Assembly: GCA_963664325.2 (NCBI GenBank)
Contig: CAXXDQ010000003.1
Span: forward strand, 1,078,563-1,142,562
From: Desulfomonilia bacterium
Lineage (GTDB): Bacteria > Desulfobacterota > Desulfomonilia > UBA1062
DNA: 64,000 nt
Direction: 5' to 3'
The notes under the pieces were generated by a model. The model did not search any database. It saw only the letters and a list, made by a program, of their open reading frames with translations, and was not told the DNA's origin. The position numbers and the translations under genes are program-made. Of the stretch, positions 8,987 through 19,200 are shown piece after piece (positions within the stretch are counted from its first letter, which is position 1; the number at the start of each line of letters is the position of its first letter).

Positions 8987-9121
8987 TATGAAATTAACAA
9001 ATGAAACTAATATTAAACCATGGTAGAATATTCTGCTTGTGTGATTTTACGGTGTCTATGATGTGATGTTATGAATGCTGAAATTAATTATAAAAGCTCA
9101 AATATATTATTAGGAGTTTAT

Positions 9122-11257
9122 ATGAATTTTAAGAGACTGTTCCTGACTGGCATTGTTCTTTTAATTTTTACGGCCTGCAGCGGTGGCAACTCCCAGCCTG
9201 AATCTTCGGCAAATGCAGCAGGGACAGAAGTTGCTAATTCCACCATATCTCCCTATGATTTTGCTAACGGCTGCTATGCATTGAAATCGGCAGCGAACAA
9301 TAATTTTATCCAATCCACAGGGGTCAGGTATGAAGCTTCTGGCCTGGGTGCCGGAAATGCTTCTACATTTTTTATGAAACCTTCAAGCCTGGGCACCTAT
9401 ATGCTATTTGACAAGCAATCATATTATCTTGGTGTTGATTCCGGGCACAACATAGTCCGGACTTCAACACTTGATGACAATAACCTGTGGAGTCTCGATA
9501 AACAGGGTAAAGACACATTCGCCCTGAAATCAACAGTGGCCATCAAATGGCTTGCTGTAAGTGAGAATGGAACCGGACTGGTCCTGTCAGACACTTGCGG
9601 TTTGACATCCCGGTTTTATATTGAGCCTGCGACAAGCTGCAGGCCCTTCCCGGAGATGGACCTCAGCGCCGATGTGACAACACAGAAGGCAGTCTCCGAA
9701 CAGGAGCTGGTTGGTTTTGCCGACACCCACCTGCATCTATGCGCCAATGAAGGCTTCGGGGGCAAACTGGTGATAGGCAGGAACTTCAGCCCTCTCGGTG
9801 TCACCAAGGCTCTACCGGACTGTTCATACATCCACGGTAAGAACGGAGCAAATGATCTTATCGGCAATCTTACCGAGGGCAGGCTCCGACACGACACCAG
9901 CGGCTGGCCCGACTTCAAGTTCTGGCCCTACAACAATGCCATGACTCATCAGATGGTTTATTACAGGTGGCTGGAACGGGCCTATCTGGGCGGATTGAGA
10001 CTTGCCGTCTGTCATGCGGTCAGCAACGAACTGCTCTGCCGTATCTATGGCAGCCTGCCTGGTTATAACTGCAATGACATGGCCGCTGTCGATCGTCAGC
10101 TTGACGAGATAAAAAACCTTGAAAAATACATAGACGCCCAGTGCGGAGGCCCGGGCAAGGGATGGTTCCGCATAGTGTATTCGCCGAAAGAGGCAAGAGA
10201 GGTTATCGCTGACGGCAAGCTTGCCATTGTCCTTGGTATTGAGGTCGCCACACTCTTTGATGCAGCAGATGAAAACGACGTTGATCCTCAGTACCTGATA
10301 GATAAGCTTGAAGAATATCGCAACAAGGGTGTTCGGAGCATATTTCCCATCCATATCTTCAATAACGCCTTCGGTGGCACCAATGTCTGGGTGCCTGTTA
10401 TACCCAATCTCGGCAACCGCCTTCTCAGGGGCTCCTATTTTGAGTTTGAGGAGTGCCCGGACCCCTCATTTACATACAAGGAACCTGCATTACTTTATCC
10501 AGAAGATCCATTCTTCATCATGCTTGCGCCTCTGATAGGTTTTATGGTGCCGTATTACCCTGCCGACCTTAAGTCGTTCGACAACAAGAGGGGGCTTACT
10601 GACATCGGTGAATTCTTTATCCATGAAATGATGAAAAAGAAGATGATAATCGAGACCGACCACATGAGCCACAAAATGGCCTTCAAGGTACTTTCAATCT
10701 GCGAAGAGGAGCATTATCCTGTGGTTGCGAGCCACAGCTGGATCGATCCGCCTGACGGGAGCATCACCTATCAGTACGCAAGGAGGATCGCAAATGTGGG
10801 CGGAATCCTTTCGCTGATGCTTTACCAGGAGAAGCATGGCGGGTGCCAGATATCGTCACAGTCATGGGCTGAGTCGTATAAAAATGCGGTGAGGGTAATG
10901 GGAATGGGCCAGTACCCTGTGGCAATTCCGTACGGATCTGATGCAAACGGCATGTGCAAACAGCCTGGGCCACGCTTCGGTGAACGGGCCTGCGACGGCA
11001 ATACGCCTGAAGAGCCTCAAATAAATCCGCTCGTTTACCCATTCAAGACACCAATCGGAGGCACCGGCGAGCTTTATCAGCTCAAGGCAGGCAACCGGAC
11101 ATTTGACTTCAATACCGAGGGTCTAGCATGCTACGGTTTGATTCCGGATTTTGTAGCGGATCTTAAAAACCTGGGACTTACGGATGATGATCTGAAACCT
11201 TTTTACCATTCGGCCGAGGGTTATATTGAGATGTGGGAGCGTGTTGAAAACCGCTGA
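9122..11257 (+). CDS. Secreted lipoprotein with a membrane-dipeptidase (peptidase M19)-like metal hydrolase domain and an unassigned ~170-aa N-terminal domain
   Basis: ORF 9071-11257. The ATG at 9122 has AGGAG 7 nt upstream and gives MNFKRLFLTGIVLLIFTAC (lipobox). Motif order FADTHLHL ... IVLGIEV ... GVRSIFPIHIFNNAFGG ... IIETDHMSH ... VVASHSW ... YGSDANG parallels the conserved blocks of M19/renal-dipeptidase-type TIM barrels as I remember them. No HMM was run. Confidence 0.7.
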   Translation: MNFKRLFLTGIVLLIFTACSGGNSQPESSANAAGTEVANSTISPYDFANGCYALKSAANNNFIQSTGVRYEASGLGAGNASTFFMKPSSLGTYMLFDKQSYYLGVDSGHNIVRTSTLDDNNLWSLDKQGKDTFALKSTVAIKWLAVSENGTGLVLSDTCGLTSRFYIEPATSCRPFPEMDLSADVTTQKAVSEQELVGFADTHLHLCANEGFGGKLVIGRNFSPLGVTKALPDCSYIHGKNGANDLIGNLTEGRLRHDTSGWPDFKFWPYNNAMTHQMVYYRWLERAYLGGLRLAVCHAVSNELLCRIYGSLPGYNCNDMAAVDRQLDEIKNLEKYIDAQCGGPGKGWFRIVYSPKEAREVIADGKLAIVLGIEVATLFDAADENDVDPQYLIDKLEEYRNKGVRSIFPIHIFNNAFGGTNVWVPVIPNLGNRLLRGSYFEFEECPDPSFTYKEPALLYPEDPFFIMLAPLIGFMVPYYPADLKSFDNKRGLTDIGEFFIHEMMKKKMIIETDHMSHKMAFKVLSICEEEHYPVVASHSWIDPPDGSITYQYARRIANVGGILSLMLYQEKHGGCQISSQSWAESYKNAVRVMGMGQYPVAIPYGSDANGMCKQPGPRFGERACDGNTPEEPQINPLVYPFKTPIGGTGELYQLKAGNRTFDFNTEGLACYGLIPDFVADLKNLGLTDDDLKPFYHSAEGYIEMWERVENR

Positions 11258-11575
11258 ACAGATCTTGGGGAGGGTTTCCAGGGAATAGGTCGATGACCGA
11301 TGTGGCGGATAACCCGTCACAATTGTCGATTCTCCAGTTTGAACAGTAGATTTTAAGATGGCGGTTTCCGGCGGTACCGAAGAACTGCAGACTTGCAGGC
11401 AATTGTTTTAGGCTCTAATCCAGCCCGTATGATAAACATCTGTTACTGTGTATTAATCTCTGAATGTAATTGTATATTTTGACAGTACCCTTGACATTTC
11501 CCGACAGCAACTTATTATTTATAGCATTGGTTTGCGCATGAACCCTTATATCTAATAAACAGGGAGGAGGATTTT

Positions 11576-13298
11576 ATGAGAAAATTATCAATAATCTCGA
11601 TTATTCTCATGGTATCAGCTATGCTGAGCGGCTGCATCATATCGATCACTCCGAAAGATAATCCCTTGATCATGTCTCCCGGAGTGACCACGGTATTAAC
11701 AATCAAGGCCTACTTCACCCCGATAAAGTATGTATGGACAGTAGATGATACTGTAGATCCGGCCGCAACAGGCAACTCATATTCATACATGCTAAATGAT
11801 GTGCTTCCTTCTACGCATACTATCAATGTGGTTGCAGTTCACTTCCTTTATAAAGACTCGTACACATGGAACATAAAGTATGAGGGCTCAAACAGACCGC
11901 CTGTTGCTTCAGCCGGACCTGATAAAAAAGGTCATATAAGGCGCATCGTGACCCTTGACGGCGGCGGCTCTACGGACCCGGACGGCAATATCGTTTCTTT
12001 TCTCTGGGAGCAGACAGACGGGCCTACTGTAACCCTGTCTGACCCGAGTGCCATACAGCCTCAATTCCTGGCTGAAGTCTCAGCAAGTTCAAGCCTTACA
12101 TTCAGGTTGACGGTAACGGATGCAGGCGGCCTCTCTTCAAGCGACACCTGCATCGTCAGTTTCTATGAAGAAACATGGAGCATGTTCATGCAGGACAGTC
12201 GGCATACGGGACGAAGCCCGTATATTGGCGCACAGACCAACAACTTGAAGTGGTCATTCATGACTACCGGCGGGTATGTTTACAGCAGCCCGACTGTCGG
12301 TGCAAACGGCATGGTGTATGTGGGCGAATTCGGTGATCAGGGGGGGGGGGTACAACTTCCCGAGCAAAGTCTATGCAATCGACAGTGAAAGCGGCACTGA
12401 AATGTGGTCTTTCCTGACACAAAACTGGATATGGGGTGCCCCTGCAATAGGGCCTGACGGCACTGTATATGTGGGAAGCGAAGATACCAGCCTATATGCG
12501 CTTGACGGGATGACAGGTACGCTGAAGTGGTCATTTGCAGCTGGCGATTCCATATGGGGCAGCCCGACTGTGGGGCCCGATGGCACGGTTTATTTTGGCA
12601 GCTGGGACGGCTTCATATATGCCATTGATCATGCAACCGGCGACGCGAAGTGGTCCTATGATACAATGAGCCTTGTAATATGCAGTCCGGCCATCGGAAC
12701 TGACGGTACTGTGTATGCGGGCGACATGAGCGGGAATATCATCGCCATTGACGGTGCAACCGGCGAGGATAAATGGGTGTATGTAATGGGGCTGCCAGGC
12801 AGTGATCAGGTATGGGGAAGTCCGGCCATCGGTTCTGACGGCACTGTTTATATAGGGGGATGGAATTCCGGCAAACTCTTTGCACTCGATGGGGCTACAG
12901 GCGCCAAGAAATGGGAGTATAATACAGGCAGCGGCATATGGACCTGTCCGGCTATAGGGGCTGACGGCACAGTTTACGTGGGGAGCTATTACAATGGCAA
13001 ACTGACGGCTCTTGACGGGGCGACCGGCGCCTTCAAGTGGGCATTTTCAGCAACCGCCGGCAGTTATATGGCTGGCAGCCCGGCGATCGGGGCTGACGGT
13101 ACAGTGTATGCAGGTGAAGCTGTTATGAAGGATCCACCGCTTTCTGCAAGCAAGGTTTATGCCCTTGATGGAGAAACCGGCGCCGTGAGATGGGAGTATC
13201 TGGTGGGTGACAGGGTTGAGAGCAGCCCGGCCATCGGAGCGGACGGCACAGTCTATATCGGCAGCAAAGATGGAAATGTCTATGCTTTCGGGGAATGA
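11576..13298 (+). CDS. Lipoprotein: Ig-like N-domain + one PKD repeat + PQQ/BamB-like beta-propeller, with the frame interrupted at a G11 tract (two ORFs, 11576-12388 and 12276-13298)
   Basis: GGAGGAGG precedes the ATG at 11576. N-terminus MRKLSIISIILMVSAMLSGCIIS (lipobox). PKD unit PPVASAGPDK...LDGGGSTDPDGNIVSFLWEQ. The downstream ORF carries about 8 repeats of the type GxxKWxF...SSPAIGxDGTVYxGS (PQQ-like propeller blades). Removing one G from 12340-12350 fuses both ORFs into ~573 aa (...GEFGDQGGGYNFPSKVYAID...). Confidence 0.8.
12340..12350 (+). repeat. G11 homopolymer at the frameshift point
   Basis: Read directly: cggtgatcaG GGGGGGGGGG tacaac. The upstream frame reads CAG GGG GGG GGG GTA; the downstream frame starts TAC at 12351. 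Confidence 0.95.
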
Positions 13299-13610
13299 TG
13301 ATACTGGCATAAATAAATATTTCCGATTGAAGTGAATCATCCGGGGACTTCAAGTTGCCGGCTGATTCACCATAATATAAATCTCCGTACAAACTATATA
13401 GGGACGCTCCTTATATTATAATATTCTCCATAAATCCAACTTGACTGCCTGATAATTTATTTGATGAAAATACAATAAAAAAAAGGTACACTCCTGATAA
13501 AGATAAAATATCCGCAAGGGAGAAGCGTCTCCAGGTGTGCCTCTACGAATGACGCGAAATATGCGAAAGGGGAAGAGCTGCTTATTCCATAATTTGTAAG
13601 GAGACGCCGT

Positions 13611-15890
13611 ATGAGTAATCCTGACGACAAAACCAAGTCTTTGCAACATCGCAAGAGGGCCGAGAAAATTGGCCTGGACAAGGAAAGCGGCCTGTGGATG
13701 GCTGGCGCGATTACAACAGTGCTGATAGCCGGTACATTGTTTTCCATATGGACTCTTTCGCGGACCGACCATGAAATGCGTTCCGACTTGCTTCAGCAGG
13801 CACAGATAATAGCGCAAACGGTAAATGCCGAAAGCCTCAAATCCCTTACCGGCACCAAGGCCGACCTTGCTTCCCCTGACTATGTACGGCTTAAAGAACA
13901 ATTGTCCCTTGTCCGGAAGGTTAACGAGAAGTGCAGGTTTATCTATCTTCTAGGCCGCAGAAACACACTCGGTTCGCCCGAAAGGAAGAGCGGCCTGGAA
14001 GGGGGTGTAGTATTCTCCTTTGTAAACAATGAGCCGCCTGATTCCAAGGATTATTTTCCACCAGGAAAGGTATATGACAAGGTCACAAAAGTAATGCTCC
14101 GTGTCTTCGACACCAGGACCGAAGGTGTAGAGGGTCCTGTCACCGACCGCTGGGGGGACACAAGAATCACGGCTCTGGAGCCGATAACGGACCCTGGTAC
14201 GGGCAAGCTGATAGCCGTTCTGGACATGGACTTTGACGCCAATGACTGGAAATGGGAAGTCGCCGCCAATTCGTTATTGGCAGCAGGCTTGATGATCACA
14301 TTCCTGATTCTGTTGATAATCGTGGCCCGCTCGCGGGCGATCATGCATGAAGAGCTGCTAGAAAATGAAACAAAATATCGTCTTGTCGTTGAGAACGCAC
14401 AGGAATCAATCCTGATCGTACAGGATGTGACCTGTATCTTCGCCAATAGTGCTGCTCTGGAGACGATTGGATATTCTGAAAAGATATTGACATCCAGGCC
14501 TTTCACAGATTTCATCTATCCTGATGATTGTAATATGGTCGTCGATCGCCATACAAAAAGACTTAATGGTGAGGAGATTCCCCGTGTTTATGATTTCAGG
14601 ATTGTCTGCCAGGACGGAACCATAAAGTGGGTTGAACTGAATGCAGCAGTTATATCATGGAAAGGAAAACCAGCAACGCTTAATTTCATGAGTGACATCA
14701 CCGAGCGCAAGAAGGGTGAGGAGGAGAGGGAGAAGCTGCAGGTGCAGTTGAATCAGGCCCAGAAGATGGAGTCCGTCGGCCGTCTGGCTGGCGGCGTGGC
14801 GCACGATTTCAACAACATGCTCAGCGTCATTCTGGGGCATGCTGAACTGGCCATGATGAGGGCTGATCCTGAGCAACCGTTGTACCATAATTTGCAGGAA
14901 ATACGTAAAGCCTCAGAGCGTTCCGCGGACCTCACACGGCAACTCCTGGCCTTTGCCAGGAAGCAGACCGTGGTTCCGAAGGTTCTTGACCTCAATGAGG
15001 CCGTGGAAGGGATGCTCAAGATGCTGAGGCGGCTCATCGGCGAAGACATCGATCTGGCCTGGCTGCCGGGCAAGAATCTCGCATCGGTCAAGCTGGACCC
15101 CTCCCAGATCGACCAGATCCTGGCCAACCTGCTTGTCAACGCCCGTGACGCCATAGCCGGGGATGGCAAGGTAACCATTGAAACGGGTAATGTAACCCTG
15201 GATGAAAGCTACTGTGCCGATCATGCGGGATTTGTCCCGGGAGACTATGTACTTCTGGCCGTAAGTGACAATGGCAGCGGAATGGACAAAGAAACCCTGG
15301 CCAACATATTCGAGCCATTTTTCACCACCAAAGGGGTGGGAGAAGGCACCGGCCTGGGGCTGTCCACTGTTTACGGCATAGTCAAGCAGAACAACGGATT
15401 CATCAATGTATACAGCGAACCCGGCTATGGGACCACCTTCAGGATATACCTGCCCCGGTATACGGGCAAACCCGTACAGATGCTTACAAAAGGTGCTGAG
15501 TCGCCTGTCGAGCGAGGCCAGGAAACCATACTGCTGGTGGAAGACGATCTGGCGATTCTCAACATGACCACTTCAATGCTCCAGCAACTGGGCTATACCG
15601 GACTTGCGGCTTCAGGCCCGGGCGAGGCCATCCGTCTGGCTGAAAACTACATCGGTGAAATCCACCTGCTCATGACCGACGTGGTCATGCCCGAAATGAA
15701 CGGACGGGATTTGGCCGCCAAACTTTTATCTCTCCACCCGAATCTAAAGATCCTTTTCATGTCCGGCTACACGGCTGATACCATTGCCCACCACGGTGTT
15801 CTGGACGAGGGCGTGCATTTCATCCAGAAGCCGTTCTCGCTGCAGGATCTGGCTGCAAAAATGCGGGAGGTGCTTAACAGCGACGAATAA
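13611..15890 (+). CDS. Hybrid sensor histidine kinase (N-terminal TM-bounded sensor, PAS, HisKA, HATPase_c, C-terminal receiver)
   Basis: 759-aa ORF with AAGGAG upstream. H-box [16 protein letters not shown]. ATPase N/G boxes LLVNARDA, DNGSGM, GTGLGLS. Receiver ILLVEDD...LLMTDVVMPEMNG...MSGY. Confidence 0.9.
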   Translation: MSNPDDKTKSLQHRKRAEKIGLDKESGLWMAGAITTVLIAGTLFSIWTLSRTDHEMRSDLLQQAQIIAQTVNAESLKSLTGTKADLASPDYVRLKEQLSLVRKVNEKCRFIYLLGRRNTLGSPERKSGLEGGVVFSFVNNEPPDSKDYFPPGKVYDKVTKVMLRVFDTRTEGVEGPVTDRWGDTRITALEPITDPGTGKLIAVLDMDFDANDWKWEVAANSLLAAGLMITFLILLIIVARSRAIMHEELLENETKYRLVVENAQESILIVQDVTCIFANSAALETIGYSEKILTSRPFTDFIYPDDCNMVVDRHTKRLNGEEIPRVYDFRIVCQDGTIKWVELNAAVISWKGKPATLNFMSDITERKKGEEEREKLQVQLNQAQKMESVGRLAGGVAHDFNNMLSVILGHAELAMMRADPEQPLYHNLQEIRKASERSADLTRQLLAFARKQTVVPKVLDLNEAVEGMLKMLRRLIGEDIDLAWLPGKNLASVKLDPSQIDQILANLLVNARDAIAGDGKVTIETGNVTLDESYCADHAGFVPGDYVLLAVSDNGSGMDKETLANIFEPFFTTKGVGEGTGLGLSTVYGIVKQNNGFINVYSEPGYGTTFRIYLPRYTGKPVQMLTKGAESPVERGQETILLVEDDLAILNMTTSMLQQLGYTGLAASGPGEAIRLAENYIGEIHLLMTDVVMPEMNGRDLAAKLLSLHPNLKILFMSGYTADTIAHHGVLDEGVHFIQKPFSLQDLAAKMREVLNSDE

Positions 15891-16255
15891 GACAGGATTC
15901 CGGCCAGGAAGGAATTGTTCCGGAAAGGATTCCTCTCTACTCTGTTCAGGGTTTTGAATTTAACCGTGAAATAGTATTGGCAACAACCTTTGTTGCCTGC
16001 TGCAGACATAGACTGAATTTGAAATTGGCGCCTTGTTTTTTCATTTTTACGAGATGCTCCATTATAACTATTAGGGGACGTTCCTTATATTTTGGTGAAA
16101 ATGCAATAAAAGAAGGGTATAGTCTTTATAAAGATGAAATATTCCAAAAGAATGAACGTATTTGAATATTCTTCGAAAGGTCCGTCAATAAATCTTCCCG
16201 TACTACGCGAATGTGAAAAAACTTCTTGTCCGGTTAGCTATAAAGGAGAAGCTGT

Positions 16256-19200
16256 ATGAGTAATCATAACGAAAAGACCAAACACAAGCTTTTGCTCAGA
16301 CAGGCCGGCAGAAAGAATCTTAGCAGAGGAAGAGGCCTGTGGATAGCCGTTATGATCACGGTTATATTTGTCATCGGAATGCTGTTTGCATTATGGACCG
16401 TCATGCAGGCCGACCGCAGGATGCGCACAGATCTGCTCCAGCAGGCGCGAGTGCTGGCACAGGCGGTAGATGTCAATAACGTCAAAGCGCTCCACCGGCA
16501 CCGCTGCCGACCTTAACAAACCTGAGTATCTGAAACTGAAAGGACAGTTTGCCGCCGTCAAACACGCTAACGAAAAGTACCGGTTCGTTTATCTACTGGG
16601 CCGCAGGGACTGTTTTTGCCGCACATGATGGGAAGAGCCGTAAGGCAGGCGGAACAGTTTTTTTCTTTGTGGACAACGAGCCGCCTGATTCAAAGGGACT
16701 ATTCTCCGCCAGGACAGGTCTATGACGATGTCTCAAAAGTATTACTCAGGGTTTTCGACACCCGGACAGAGGCCGTCGAAGGACCTGTGACCGACAACTG
16801 GGGCACATGGGGTTTCAGCGCTGGTACCGGTGACCGACCCTGTTACCGGCAGGCTGATAGCAGTGCTTGGAATAGATATAAATGCTCTCACCTGGAAATG
16901 GGATCTGGCGGCACGGGCGGCCCTGCCTGTAGGGCTGACACTCGTTTTGATTATTGGCGTGGCAGCATATTTCTTCACCCGCCGTGTTGACGTCGCGCCC
17001 AAACATGTTCTGAAGAGCCTTATGCTCCCGCTTACTGCAGTGATGCTATTACTTGTCACAAGCTTCGCTGTATTGTTGTTTATACAGCAGGAAGCCCAGC
17101 TGAATGAGTCCAGCCGGAAGGTTCTGAAAGAGGCTTCAAACGGCTTATCACAGGAGCTTGCTGAACAATCCCTGATGCTGGCTGCCCTTGAAGAAATCAT
17201 TATCAAGGACAAAGGCCTTTGTGAGGCATTCAAAGCCCGGGACCGTCAACGCCTGCTGGCAGCCTATTCACCGCTCTTCGCCAAACTCAAGGCAGATAAT
17301 GCAATCACTCATTTTTATTTTATGGACCCGAAATGTATCTGCCTGCTGCGTCTACACAAACCGGAAAGATACGGTGATCAAATCAAGCGTTTTACTGCGC
17401 TTGAGGCCAAACGCACAGGCAAACCCCGCATCAGGCATTGAACTTGGGCCTTTGGGCACTTTCACCCTGCGGGTGGTGCGGCCGGTATATGACAACGGAA
17501 CACTCATCGGCTACCTGGAACTGGGTAAGGAGATCGAAGACATCCTGGCCGGAATCCAAAGACAATCGGGTGTCGAATTGGCTTTGACCATTCACAAGAG
17601 GCTCCTGAAACGAAGCGACTGGGAATCGAGCATGAAGATGATGGGCCGCGAGACCAACTGGGAGCGCTTTCCCGAGGATGTTCTGATTTACTCGTCTCTT
17701 TTCCCGTTCCCCGCCGAAGCCGGGAAGTTTGTCGGTGTGCAGTAGTAAACCACACATATAAGGAAAAAACTTTAGAAGCCAAATTCAACGGGTCTACATG
17801 GCGAATTATGATCAGTCCGCTCACGGACGCTTCCGGCGTACGTGTTGGTGAAATGTTCGTTATGAAGGACATTTCCGAAACAAAGGCAGCACACTGGCGG
17901 CTGCTAGCCATCGGCTTCGGGGTTTTGCTGGTGCTGCTGGCCGGACTGTTTGCATTTCTTTTTGTCCTGTTGCGCCGTACCCGATGCAGGCATCCGTTCC
18001 CAGCAGAAGGATCTCAAAGACAGCGAGGAGAGATACCGCAACATATTGGACAACATGCAGGATGCATATTTTGAAATGGACCTGACCGGCAACATTACCT
18101 TTGTTAATGAAGCCACCTGCCGCAGCCTCGGCTACACACGGGAGGAATTGATAGGACGGAACTACCGCATGGTTGCTTCCGGAGAAGCCGAGATAAAATA
18201 TGCCTATGAGATCTACAATAAAGTATTCCAGACAGGAAAGCCGAACAAGGGTGTTGCCTTCAAAGTCGTGGGTAAGGATGGAAAGGTCGGATATGCGGAG
18301 ACCTCGATTTCTCTTTTAAAGGATAAAAACGGTGACGCCATAGGATTCCCGAAGCGTAGCCCGGGACACCACCGAAAAAATATTGGCGGAGGAAAAAATA
18401 AAACGGAGCGAAGAACGCTACCGCCTTTTGTCCGAACACACAACGGATTCTGTGTGGCTGATGGATATGAATTTCAAGATTATATACCAGAGCCCTTCCG
18501 TGTTGAAAAATGAGCGGTTTCACCGTGCAGGAAATCATGGAAATGGACGCTGGGTGAGTATATCTCACCCGAGTCGCTGAAACTGGTATTCGAAGTGATA
18601 TTTCAAGAGAAATGCCCAGGATTGAAACCGATCCGACCTATAATCCCATCCTGACAATGGAGCTTGAATATTACCGGGAAGGATGGCACTATTATGTGGA
18701 CGGAAAATAAAATCAGCATCATACGGGATGAGAACTCCATGCCGCTGTCCATTCTTGGAGAGTCCCGCGACATCACGGAGCGTAAGCAGGCCGAAAAGAG
18801 GCTTAAAGAGAGCCAGGAACTCTACCGCTTGCTGTCCGAACACACGACAGATTCCGTATGGATGATGGATATGAACCTCAAAACCACATACCACAGCCCC
18901 TCCATTGAAAAAATACAAGGTTTCACGCCACAGGAGATAATGGAAATGCCCTTGGAGAAGAACCTCACTCCGGCGTCGCTTAAGCTGGTATCTGAAGTTG
19001 TTTTCAAGGAGCTGCCTTTGATATGGGCCGATCCTGGCTATAATCCTGTCATCACGTTAGACCTCGAGTATTACTGCAAGAACGGAACCACCAAATGGGC
19101 GGAAAACAAGTTCAGCGTCATACGGGGTTCTGACGGAAAGCCACTATCCATAATAGGCGAAGCCCGTGACATCACGGAGCGGAAAAGCGCTGAGGATGCA

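Noticed and set aside
9071-9121. The upstream ATG at 9071 as the start of the hydrolase lipoprotein.
   Set aside because: It would add 17 residues before the signal peptide. The ATG at 9122 has an AGGAG at proper spacing and yields a canonical lipoprotein signal. The 9071 start cannot be fully excluded.
12276-12388. Treating 11576-12388 and 12276-13298 as two genuine overlapping genes.
   Set aside because: The second ORF has no RBS or signal peptide of its own. Its first ~25 codons are an out-of-frame reading of the first ORF. The domain logic (propeller blades continuing across the G tract) shows it is one gene with a 1-nt frame disruption.
13416-13901. Minus-strand ORFs (161 and 96 aa) overlapping the start of the hybrid kinase gene.
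   Set aside because: They are antisense to a well-supported CDS and its upstream region, with no RBS and a low-complexity translation.
14051-15318. Antisense ORFs within the intact kinase, and the equivalent set at 19324-20158 in the pseudogene.
   Set aside because: They appear in both paralogs only because the sense sequence is duplicated. They have no independent coding signals.
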